Origin: an uncultured delta proteobacterium | GTDB lineage: Bacteria; Myxococcota_A; Polyangia; Polyangiales; Polyangiaceae | Length of the DNA: 64,000 nucleotides | Direction: 5' to 3' | Assembly (NCBI GenBank): GCA_963806225.1 | Contig: CAWDXG010000004.1 | Coordinates: 4,160,001-4,224,000 of the forward strand | Part shown: positions 56,443-64,000 of the stretch, one piece after another | Layout of the letters: every line of letters starts with the position of its first letter | How positions within the stretch are numbered: the first letter of the stretch is position 1 | Notes under the pieces: model-generated | The model's input: the letters and a program-made list of their open reading frames with translations, nothing else | What the model was told of the DNA's origin: nothing | Databases searched by the model: none | Made by a program: the position numbers and the translations under genes

Positions 56443-57309
56443 ATGAGCACGACTGAAAAAGTATTCGAGCCCAACGCCTTCAAGGAGACCACGCGCCAAC
56501 AATGGAATGACGCCGCCGAGGCCTGGAATCGATGGTCGCCCCTGCTGTCGCGCTGGCTGGGCCCTGCGACCGAAAGGATGCTCGACATGACCAACATCGG
56601 AACCGGGAGCCGTGTTCTGGATGTTGCTGCGGGTGCTGGGGAACAGACCATGACCACAGCGCGCCGCGTTGGCCCCACCGGCTACGTCCTCGCCAGCGAT
56701 CTGTCACCCGGCATTCTCGAGTATACCGCATCCAACGCGAAGCTTGCAGGCTATGGCCACGTCGACACCGTGGTGAAGGACGGCGAGGCGCTGGCGGAGA
56801 TCGAGGCCGACCCCTTCGACGCCGTGATCTCGCGCGTGGGGTTGATCTACTTCCCCGACCAGCACAAGGCGATGCGCGGCATGCGTGACAAGCTGCGCGC
56901 CGGCGGTCGCGTGGGCGCCATCACCTACGCCGCCGCCGACCTGAACGCGTTCTTCTCCGTGCCGGTCGGCATCATCCGGCGTCGAGCCGCGCTGCCCGCG
57001 CCGCTGCGGGGACAACCCGGTCCGTTCAGCCTCGGAGATCCCGATGTGCTGGCCGCGAGGCTGAAGGAAGCCGGGTTCAAGGACGTCGAGGTCGAGCGAG
57101 TCGACGCGCCCGTGCGCCTGGACACGGCACTCGAGTGCCTCGAGTTCGAGCAGGAGTCCTTCGGCGCGTTGCACCAGATGTTGAGGGGACTCTCGCCGTC
57201 CGAGCAGGACGAGGCCTGGGCCGAGATCGAAGAGGCGCTCGGAGCCTACGAAGTCGACGGCAAGTTCGAGGGGCCGTGCCAGGTACTCGTCGCCGCAGGC
57301 ACGAAGTAG
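56443..57309 (+). CDS. Class I SAM-dependent methyltransferase
   Basis: VLDVAAGAG, SDLS, FDAVISR; GGGAG RBS. Confidence 0.9.
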   Translation: MSTTEKVFEPNAFKETTRQQWNDAAEAWNRWSPLLSRWLGPATERMLDMTNIGTGSRVLDVAAGAGEQTMTTARRVGPTGYVLASDLSPGILEYTASNAKLAGYGHVDTVVKDGEALAEIEADPFDAVISRVGLIYFPDQHKAMRGMRDKLRAGGRVGAITYAAADLNAFFSVPVGIIRRRAALPAPLRGQPGPFSLGDPDVLAARLKEAGFKDVEVERVDAPVRLDTALECLEFEQESFGALHQMLRGLSPSEQDEAWAEIEEALGAYEVDGKFEGPCQVLVAAGTK

Positions 57310-57351
57310 CCCAGGCGTTTCCGCAAACCAGCTGCAGCACGAGGAGATGTC

Positions 57352-58287
57352 ATGACCCAAGTAGCCGTCGTTCAAGAGCCGCCCGTCTATCTCGATCTCG
57401 AGCGGTCGATGGAGCGAGCCGTCGAATTGATCGCCACATGCGCCGCCAGGGGCTGCGACATGATCGTCTTTCCGGAGGCCTGGCTGCCGGGATACCCCAC
57501 CTTCGTCTGGCGACTCTCACCGGGCCGCGACATGGGCAAGACGGACGAGCTCTTCGCCAAGCTCCTCGGAAACTCCGTCGACCTCGGTCGAGATGGCATG
57601 GCGCCGATTCGAGAAGCTGCGCGCGAACACCGTGTGGTGGTCGTGATGGGCTATCAAGAGGTCGACGGCGGAGTCAGCGGCAGTACCATCTTCAACAGCT
57701 GCGCCATCATCGACGCGGACGGTCGCCTGGCCAACAATCACCGCAAGCTGATGCCCACGAATCCCGAGCGCATGGTCTGGGGATTCGGGGACGGCTCGGG
57801 GCTGAACGTGGTGGAGACGGCGGTGGGCCGAGTCGGCGCGCTCATCTGCTGGGAGAACTACATGCCGCTGGCTCGCTTCGCGCTCTACGCGCAGAACATC
57901 GACATCTACGTCGCTCCGACGTGGGATAGCGGCGCGACTTGGCAGGCCACCATGCAGCACATCGCGCGCGAGGGTGGTTGCTGGGTGATCGGATGCGCGA
58001 CGTCTCTGAAGGCGTCGGACATCCCTGAAGACGTGCCCTACCGGGACGAGCTATTCCCGAATGACGACGAGTGGATCAACCCCGGTGATGCCGTCGTCTA
58101 CAAGCCCTTCGGAAGCGTCGTCGCCGGGCCGATGCACGAGGAGAAGGGGCTCTTGATCACGGAGTTCGACCCCAAGGTGGCCGCCGCATCGCGCCGCAAG
58201 TTCGACGTGAGTGGTCACTACGCCCGCCCCGACGTGTTCTCCTTGAGCGTGAATCGTCAGAAGCAGACGCCAGCGATCTTCAGTTAG
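57352..58287 (+). CDS. Nitrilase (carbon-nitrogen hydrolase)
   Basis: FPEAWLPGYP, HRKLMPT..ER, ICWENYMP triad; GHYARPD. Confidence 0.93.
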   Translation: MTQVAVVQEPPVYLDLERSMERAVELIATCAARGCDMIVFPEAWLPGYPTFVWRLSPGRDMGKTDELFAKLLGNSVDLGRDGMAPIREAAREHRVVVVMGYQEVDGGVSGSTIFNSCAIIDADGRLANNHRKLMPTNPERMVWGFGDGSGLNVVETAVGRVGALICWENYMPLARFALYAQNIDIYVAPTWDSGATWQATMQHIAREGGCWVIGCATSLKASDIPEDVPYRDELFPNDDEWINPGDAVVYKPFGSVVAGPMHEEKGLLITEFDPKVAAASRRKFDVSGHYARPDVFSLSVNRQKQTPAIFS

Positions 58288-58336
58288 AGGGAGGATAACC
58301 GACCCGCCGGGCCGTGCTACATTCGCATCCGCTACG

Positions 58337-59086
58337 TTGCGTTTCCGCTTCTTTCCGCTGCTCGTCGCGCTGTGTCTGGTGACCGCACCGCTCGCGGCGG
58401 CCCCCAGCAAGAAGAGCCGGGACGAGGTCGTCCGGCTAGTGAGCCGGAGCGCGCGGCACTACGAAGCGGGGCGCTTCGATCAGGCCATCGAGCTCCTGCA
58501 GAGGGCCTACGCGATCGAGCCCGACCCGACCATTCTCTATAACCTCGCTCGCGCCTACGAGGGCAAGGGCGAGCTGCAGCGCGCGGTCGAAGCCTACCGG
58601 AAGTACCTCGACGACGCCCCGAAAGCGCGGGACCGCGGGTCGGTGCAACACCGCATCACCACGCTAGAAGTGCAGATCCGCGAGAAAGCGGCGCTCGAAC
58701 GCGAGCGCGACCTGGCCGCCCGACGCGCCCTTGAAGCCCGCCGGAGAGCCGCGCGCGCAGAAGAAGAAGAGAAGAGCGCGCCGCCCGCCGGCAAACCGAG
58801 CGTGGTGCCATGGATCGTCGCGGCCATCGGCGCTGCGGTGGTCGGTAGCGGCGTCTACTTCGGTGTGCACGCGCACTCGCTGCACGGCGACGCCGAGAGC
58901 GCGGCGCTCGCCCGCGATGCCGCCGATCTGAACAGCCGGGCGAAGACCTACGCGCTGCTCGCCAACGTGTCGTTTGCGGTGGGCGGTGCGGCGGTCGTCG
59001 GTGGCGTCAGCTGGGGCGTCGTCGCGCAGTCGTCGTCAGGCGCGCCGACGACGGCGCGCGGCATCACGATCCGTGGTCGGTTCTAG
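58337..59086 (+). CDS. Exported TPR protein
   Basis: Signal peptide; YEAGRFDQAIELLQRAY..PDPTILYNLARAY TPRs; C-terminal hydrophobic segments. Confidence 0.85.
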   Translation: MRFRFFPLLVALCLVTAPLAAAPSKKSRDEVVRLVSRSARHYEAGRFDQAIELLQRAYAIEPDPTILYNLARAYEGKGELQRAVEAYRKYLDDAPKARDRGSVQHRITTLEVQIREKAALERERDLAARRALEARRRAARAEEEEKSAPPAGKPSVVPWIVAAIGAAVVGSGVYFGVHAHSLHGDAESAALARDAADLNSRAKTYALLANVSFAVGGAAVVGGVSWGVVAQSSSGAPTTARGITIRGRF

Positions 59087-60453
59087 CGCTTGCGCTTGCC
59101 CGTTTTGAGGATGTGGAAGTATCGGCGGCCGATGCCGAGGGCGGCGGCGGCGCGTTCGACGCTGCCGTCGTGCTCGGCTAGCGCCCGCTCGACGTAGGCC
59201 TTCTGCAGTGCCTCGAGCACACGCAGCCGCGCGACCGGAAACGGCAGCCGGGCGTGCAGCACATCACGCATGGCGCGTTCCGCTCCGACAAGCGCGTCTT
59301 CCGCGTCCCCGGGCGGGGCTTGTTCGTCCTCGACGGTCGTGTCGCCCGCGACCAGCTGGCGCGCGATGGCGTTCTTCAGCTCGCGCACGTTGCCGGGCCA
59401 GTCGTAGCTCTCCCAGCGCTGCAGTAGATGGTGGGGAAGCGGCGTGCCGGGCGCCAGCTCGGACCAGAAGTGGCGCGCCAGAACGGCGACGTCTCCACGG
59501 CGCCGCCGCAGCGGAGGCAGCGCGATGCGCCCGACCGCGAGGCGGTGGAACAGATCGTCGCGGAAGAGCCCTTCCTGGACCGCCCGATCGAGATCACGGC
59601 GCGTCGCGGCGATCACACGGACGTCGACCTTGATGAGCGAGTTGCCGCCGACGCGGCGCACCTCGCCGCGCTCGAGCGCGCGCAGGAGCTTCGGCTGCAG
59701 GCTCACGTCGAGGTCGCCGATCTCGTCGATGAACAGCGTGCCACCGTCCGCCTGCTCGAAGACCCCGAGTCGCTTGGCCGTCGCGCCGGTGAAAGCGCCG
59801 CGCTCGTGACCGAACAGCTCGCTCTCGGCGAGGTTCGGCGGAATGGCCGTGCAGTCGAGCACGACGTACGGCGCGCCGCGCCGCGAGCTGTGCTCGTGGA
59901 CGGCCTCGGCCAGCACCTCTTTGCCCGTGCCTGTCTCGCCTTCGATCACCAGCGACACGTCGCTCTGGGCAAGGCGTTCGACCAGCGGGTACAGACGGGT
60001 CAGTTCGGGGCTCTGCCCGACGAAGCGACCGAAGCCAGTGCGTCGCGGCGCGCGCGCAACGCGGCCCTCCGGTTCGTAGCGGTCGATCCTGAGGGCGCTG
60101 CTGCCGAGACGCACGACCTCGCCGCCGGTGAGGAATCCCTCGAGCACGGGCACGCCGTCCACGAAAGTGCCGTTCGTGGACTTCAGGTCGGTGATGCGCA
60201 GTCGACGTCCCTCTACGTCCAGCGCCGCGTGGCGGCGGCTGACCTCGCGGTCCTTGATGCGCAGGGCGCAGACTTCGCTCTGGCCGATGAATACCGAGCC
60301 GGGCTCGTCGCCCTGCAGAACGAACGTCTTGCCGGCGTCCGGACCCTCGACCACAACCACGTCGAACCGGGCATCCGGCGGCGCTTCAGGCTCGTAGCGC
60401 TGGCTGGCGACGGTGCGGAGATCGTCACTCGATTCGCCCACAAGGCGCAGCAT
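59083..60453 (-). CDS. FHA-domain sigma-54-dependent enhancer-binding protein
   Basis: VSRRH...DLKSTNGT (FHA), GETGTGKE, ESELFGH, GAFTGA, WPGNVREL, C-terminal HTH. Confidence 0.93.
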   Translation of the reverse strand: MLRLVGESSDDLRTVASQRYEPEAPPDARFDVVVVEGPDAGKTFVLQGDEPGSVFIGQSEVCALRIKDREVSRRHAALDVEGRRLRITDLKSTNGTFVDGVPVLEGFLTGGEVVRLGSSALRIDRYEPEGRVARAPRRTGFGRFVGQSPELTRLYPLVERLAQSDVSLVIEGETGTGKEVLAEAVHEHSSRRGAPYVVLDCTAIPPNLAESELFGHERGAFTGATAKRLGVFEQADGGTLFIDEIGDLDVSLQPKLLRALERGEVRRVGGNSLIKVDVRVIAATRRDLDRAVQEGLFRDDLFHRLAVGRIALPPLRRRRGDVAVLARHFWSELAPGTPLPHHLLQRWESYDWPGNVRELKNAIARQLVAGDTTVEDEQAPPGDAEDALVGAERAMRDVLHARLPFPVARLRVLEALQKAYVERALAEHDGSVERAAAALGIGRRYFHILKTGKRKR

Positions 60454-62281
60454 AGCACCTGCGCCGATAAGCGATGACGAGCCCTGCGAGCAGCGCGAGC
60501 CACGACAGCGGCGAGCCATCGCGCGTGCGCGCTGTCCGGCATCCGCAGCCACTATCCGCGCCACCGGTGCCCGTGCCCGGATCCAGAGCGGCCGTGGAGC
60601 CCGCCGCTCCCGACACGCCGCCGGCGCCGGGCGCTCCGCCAGCAGCCGGCGCTCCTCCGGCGCCAGACCCGCCCGACATGTCCCCCAGCGGGTAGCGCCC
60701 CATGTCCACCGCAGCGACCTTGTACAGGCTACCGTCGCCCGCGCCCTTCGCTGGCGAGCCGTCCTGCAGGTGGAAGTCGGCCTTGGCAGCGTCGACGAAC
60801 AGCGGATCGCCAGAGATGGACCCATCCTCGATCGCGTTCGAGCTCTGCACGTCGACAACGGTGTAGCCCGTGCCCGAGCCGCCCGGGCCGGTCCAGTCGG
60901 GCCGCAGCAGGTAGTCGTTGTCGTTGCCGGAGAAGTCGTTGTCGTGCGCCGTGAACACCGGCAGAAAGTCCGCGAACGTCGCCTTGCTGCCGCTTGCGCC
61001 GTGGTCGAGGAACACCCCGCGCGTGTTCCCCGTGAAGATGTTGTTGGCGATCAACGTGCCCGGGTGCGCGAGCGTCACGTCCACGCCCGAGTCGCAGTCG
61101 AAGAACACGTTGTTGAAGATGCGGTTGTTCTCGTTCTGGTCTCCCGACGCGAAGCCGACGCCGACACCGCAGCGCACGAGCGCGTTCTCCTTTATCGTCC
61201 AACCGCCGCCCGGGTAGTTCTCCGGATCGCTGGTGGCGCAGTTGGGCTTCTTCCAGTGGCAGCGGCGGCTGGCGGGCTGGACGCACACACCCACGTCGTG
61301 AACGTAGTTCCCACGCACGACGACATTGGCGACGCCGTCCTTCGTCGTGATGCCCTGACCCACGATGTCGTAGACTTCGTTGCCCTCGACCAGCGACGGG
61401 TCGGTGGGGTCCATATCCATCAAGGTGATGCCCTTGGAATTGGAGAACCCGCCCCAGTACTTCGAGTCGAAGGCGCGGTTGTTCCGGATCGTCACGCCGG
61501 CGCCGTACGACACGAAGATCGAATAGGAATTGTCGTTGCCGTTCGAGTTGTGACCCAGCACATTGTTCTCGATCAGCTGCCCCTGACCGCCCTCGATGCT
61601 GATAGCGGTGTTCTGGGTGTACAGGATCTCGAGCCCGCGGATCTCCAGGTACGAGGTGCCGAGTGCGTAGATGAAGTGCTGCTGGGAGAGCTCGAACACC
61701 TTCTGGTTCGGGTCCATGCCCGCGGGCGGCAGCATGTAGATGTAGCAGCCGGCGTTATCCTTCGAGCAGCCGGCGCCGCTATCGTCCGCCTTGGTCCACT
61801 CACCTGGGTTCTTCAAGTCGACGATATCGGCGTGGGAGCGCGTGCCGCTGACCGTTTTCATCACGTGCTCGATGCGCGTGTCGCCCGTGAAGAGCCCGGT
61901 TGGGTCGTTCGGCAGGAAGCTCGCGTCGAGGCGATAGAGCCCTCCGCTTCTCGCTTCCCATGTCTTTCCCTCGGTGCTCCTGGAACCGAGGAACGTCACC
62001 TTCTCGCCCGGGTACGCGCGAATGGTCACGTGACTCGAGGGTGTGGCGTCGGGTCGATAGAGCTTCGTGCTGCCCGGGTTGTCCGTCAGCCGATAGGTGC
62101 CCGCGCGGATCGTCAGCGTATCGCCGTTCTGCACCGCTTCGAGCCCCTTCTGGAAGGAAGCGAAAGGCGCAGCCTGGCTGCCCGGGTTCGAATCGCTGCC
62201 GCTGGGCGCCACGAAGAACTCCGCGGCCGCCGCCGGCGCCGCGAACAGCAGAACGAAAAGAAGAGCGACAACAGAGCGCAT
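60425..62281 (-). CDS. Secreted right-handed beta-helix (pectin-lyase-like) protein with MYXO-CTERM-like tail
   Basis: FFVAPSGSDSNPGS, I..N beta-helix repeats, DPLF...DFHLQDGSPA, SGCGCR-TM-RRR tail. Confidence 0.85.
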   Translation of the reverse strand: MRSVVALLFVLLFAAPAAAAEFFVAPSGSDSNPGSQAAPFASFQKGLEAVQNGDTLTIRAGTYRLTDNPGSTKLYRPDATPSSHVTIRAYPGEKVTFLGSRSTEGKTWEARSGGLYRLDASFLPNDPTGLFTGDTRIEHVMKTVSGTRSHADIVDLKNPGEWTKADDSGAGCSKDNAGCYIYMLPPAGMDPNQKVFELSQQHFIYALGTSYLEIRGLEILYTQNTAISIEGGQGQLIENNVLGHNSNGNDNSYSIFVSYGAGVTIRNNRAFDSKYWGGFSNSKGITLMDMDPTDPSLVEGNEVYDIVGQGITTKDGVANVVVRGNYVHDVGVCVQPASRRCHWKKPNCATSDPENYPGGGWTIKENALVRCGVGVGFASGDQNENNRIFNNVFFDCDSGVDVTLAHPGTLIANNIFTGNTRGVFLDHGASGSKATFADFLPVFTAHDNDFSGNDNDYLLRPDWTGPGGSGTGYTVVDVQSSNAIEDGSISGDPLFVDAAKADFHLQDGSPAKGAGDGSLYKVAAVDMGRYPLGDMSGGSGAGGAPAAGGAPGAGGVSGAAGSTAALDPGTGTGGADSGCGCRTARTRDGSPLSWLALLAGLVIAYRRRCYAAPCGRIE

Positions 62282-62289
62282 CACATACC

Positions 62290-63429
62290 TCACATGCAAC
62301 CGATGCGTTGCGTGCTCACGACGACATCGTCGAACCACACGCGATTGGAGTGGCTCTTGGCGTCGGAGGTCTCGAGGTAGTGCTGCAGCCGCACCATGTT
62401 GAGACCCAGATCCGCAGTGTTGCGGAAGTGCATGCCGGTTTCGCGGTCGGCTAGCTTGCCGTCCACCCAGTAGGCCATCTCGCCATTTTTCTGACCCACG
62501 TCGTTGGCCTTCATCATCATCTCCATGCACACCCACTTCCCCGTAGGAATCGGCACGTCCTGCGCCGGCTTGAACCAGTTGCCCCAACAGCACTCGGGCC
62601 CGTTGCTGCAGGGCATGCCTTTCTTGGCGCAGCCGTCGCAGATGGCCTGGGAGTCGGCGTACTTGTCGCAGGTCGCGCCGGGGTCGCAGTTCATCTCCGG
62701 GTAGTACGTGTAGAAGAACGTGTTGTGCGTGTTCGCGGCGAAGTCGACGGTCGTACCCATGGCGCGCGAACCGTTCGGGCGACAGCCGGCGTTGCCGTAG
62801 GCGTCCCAGAACTGCTGGCTGCCGCTGATGTTGAGGAAGTGATGAACTCGCTCGTGATCGGCGGCGAGCTTCACGTAGGTGCGGAAGTAGAGCTGGTCGT
62901 AGCTCTTCAGCGCACAGCCGGCCTTGTTCGCGCCGTCGCAGGTGCGGTAGATGAGATCCGCGCCCTTGTAGCCGGAGCTCGCCGCGGCCGGGTAGTACAC
63001 GGCGTACTTGCCGGTGTGCGCATCCGTCGACGAGGTCATGCGTCCGGGATCGCTCGCGCCGATCGAGTCGGTCCAGCCCCAGTTGGCTTTCCAGGCGTCG
63101 AAACCGGCGGCCATCCCCTCGAAGTCCTCGCAGAACAGCCAGCCCGGGCCGGGGTTCTGGCAGTCGTAGGCTGTGGACGTGCTACCCCCGGCCCCGGTGT
63201 TGCCGCTGCCGCCGGAGCTACTGGCGTTTCCACTGCCGCCAGCGCTCGTCCCACCGCTGTTGCCGGCATCGGCACCGCCACTGCCGCCCGTCGAGCTACC
63301 CGGCTTGTGCGATGTGCTCCCGTTCGACGTGCCGCCGTTCGACGTGCCGGGGGCGGAGCCACTGCTCCCCGATGAGCACGCTGCCGCCAGAACCAGGACC
63401 GAAGCACACGAAAGAGCAGGATGGCGCAT
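62290..63429 (-). CDS. Lipoprotein with polysaccharide-lyase/LamG-like beta-sandwich
   Basis: AAAC lipobox; LFCEDFE, YFRTYVK, WVCMEMMMKAN...GEMAYWVDG, VWFDDVVVSTQRIGC. Confidence 0.7.
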   Translation of the reverse strand: MRHPALSCASVLVLAAACSSGSSGSAPGTSNGGTSNGSTSHKPGSSTGGSGGADAGNSGGTSAGGSGNASSSGGSGNTGAGGSTSTAYDCQNPGPGWLFCEDFEGMAAGFDAWKANWGWTDSIGASDPGRMTSSTDAHTGKYAVYYPAAASSGYKGADLIYRTCDGANKAGCALKSYDQLYFRTYVKLAADHERVHHFLNISGSQQFWDAYGNAGCRPNGSRAMGTTVDFAANTHNTFFYTYYPEMNCDPGATCDKYADSQAICDGCAKKGMPCSNGPECCWGNWFKPAQDVPIPTGKWVCMEMMMKANDVGQKNGEMAYWVDGKLADRETGMHFRNTADLGLNMVRLQHYLETSDAKSHSNRVWFDDVVVSTQRIGCM

Positions 63430-63546
63430 CACGCCCCCCCGCTGTGCAAGGTCCATTCCGCCTCGTAATCAACGTGTTCCTGGCCGGTTGGGAACGGCTG
63501 GATCCTGCTGCACGCGGACGACGGGATCCACTGGATCCGGACAGCG

Positions 63547-63999
63547 CTACCAGCGCAGGCGGATCCCATCGACGCGCACTGATTCGCCGATCGCCCAGGA
63601 ACGTCCAACGCTGACCTCGCAGATGCTCGTCGACTTCATCGTCGCCGCATCGAGGTTGCCGCTCCCCGTCTGGAACTGGTCCAACGGAAGCTCGAGCACC
63701 TGGTAGCCGGACCCGGGTCGGAACACGTACGGATGGACGGAGGCGGTCGTGATGCTGCTGCAGTCGCCCGGCGCCGGGCCCGAGATGAGCCGCACTTCGC
63801 CCCACGCCGCAAGCGCAGGACCGTTGACCGCTACCGCGAGCTCCAGGTAGGCCGCACTGAAATCCATGAGCGGGTAGTCCTGCGCCGGATCGGTACCGAT
63901 CGAGAAGATACCGACGTTCTCGTAGGTGCCGCTGGTGACGCTTCCGTCGTTGGGCCAGCCGGGCCAGTAGATGTAGCGCTGTCCGTCGAACGCCTGCGT
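63547..63999 (-). CDS. C-terminal part of a hypothetical (probably exported) protein, truncated by the window edge
   Basis: Frame is open from the window end to the stop at 63547; beta-rich sequence ending VRVDGIRLRW. Confidence 0.65.
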   Translation of the reverse strand, partial: TQAFDGQRYIYWPGWPNDGSVTSGTYENVGIFSIGTDPAQDYPLMDFSAAYLELAVAVNGPALAAWGEVRLISGPAPGDCSSITTASVHPYVFRPGSGYQVLELPLDQFQTGSGNLDAATMKSTSICEVSVGRSWAIGESVRVDGIRLRW

Positions 64000-64000
64000 C

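Overview
GC-rich chromosomal window, most consistent with a myxobacterium of the Polyangiaceae/Sorangiineae type. The evidence is Gly-rich lipoproteins, a MYXO-CTERM-like tail, an FHA/sigma-54 activator and a Ser/Thr kinase with a PEGA domain; the taxon is an inference. The left ~37 kb is mostly housekeeping: CheA-like kinase, rimI, pyrK/pyrD, cysS, mlaE, folE, SRP RNA, acyl-CoA carboxylase beta subunit, KamA-type radical SAM, pyrH, ccmF, a candidate oriC, dnaN-recF-gyrB and clpB. The right part is accessory: secreted lipoproteins, an expansin, putative glycan-active proteins, a triheme cytochrome and an inserted LysR-methyltransferase-nitrilase cassette. Highlights the ORF track misses: (1) an HNH-nuclease gene with a duplicated N-terminal module, a leaderless promoter covered by a LexA-like box, and an adjacent ~800-bp modular array of 21 CGACTCGACAC cores; (2) a DsbA/FrnE-type probable selenoprotein (UxxC plus SECIS-like hairpin); (3) an oriC-like region before dnaN with no dnaA nearby; (4) a 6S-like RNA; (5) a degenerate direct repeat flanking the nitrilase cassette. 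Three genes, including dnaN, carry single-T frameshifts that are probably sequencing errors. All calls were made by eye; no searches were run.
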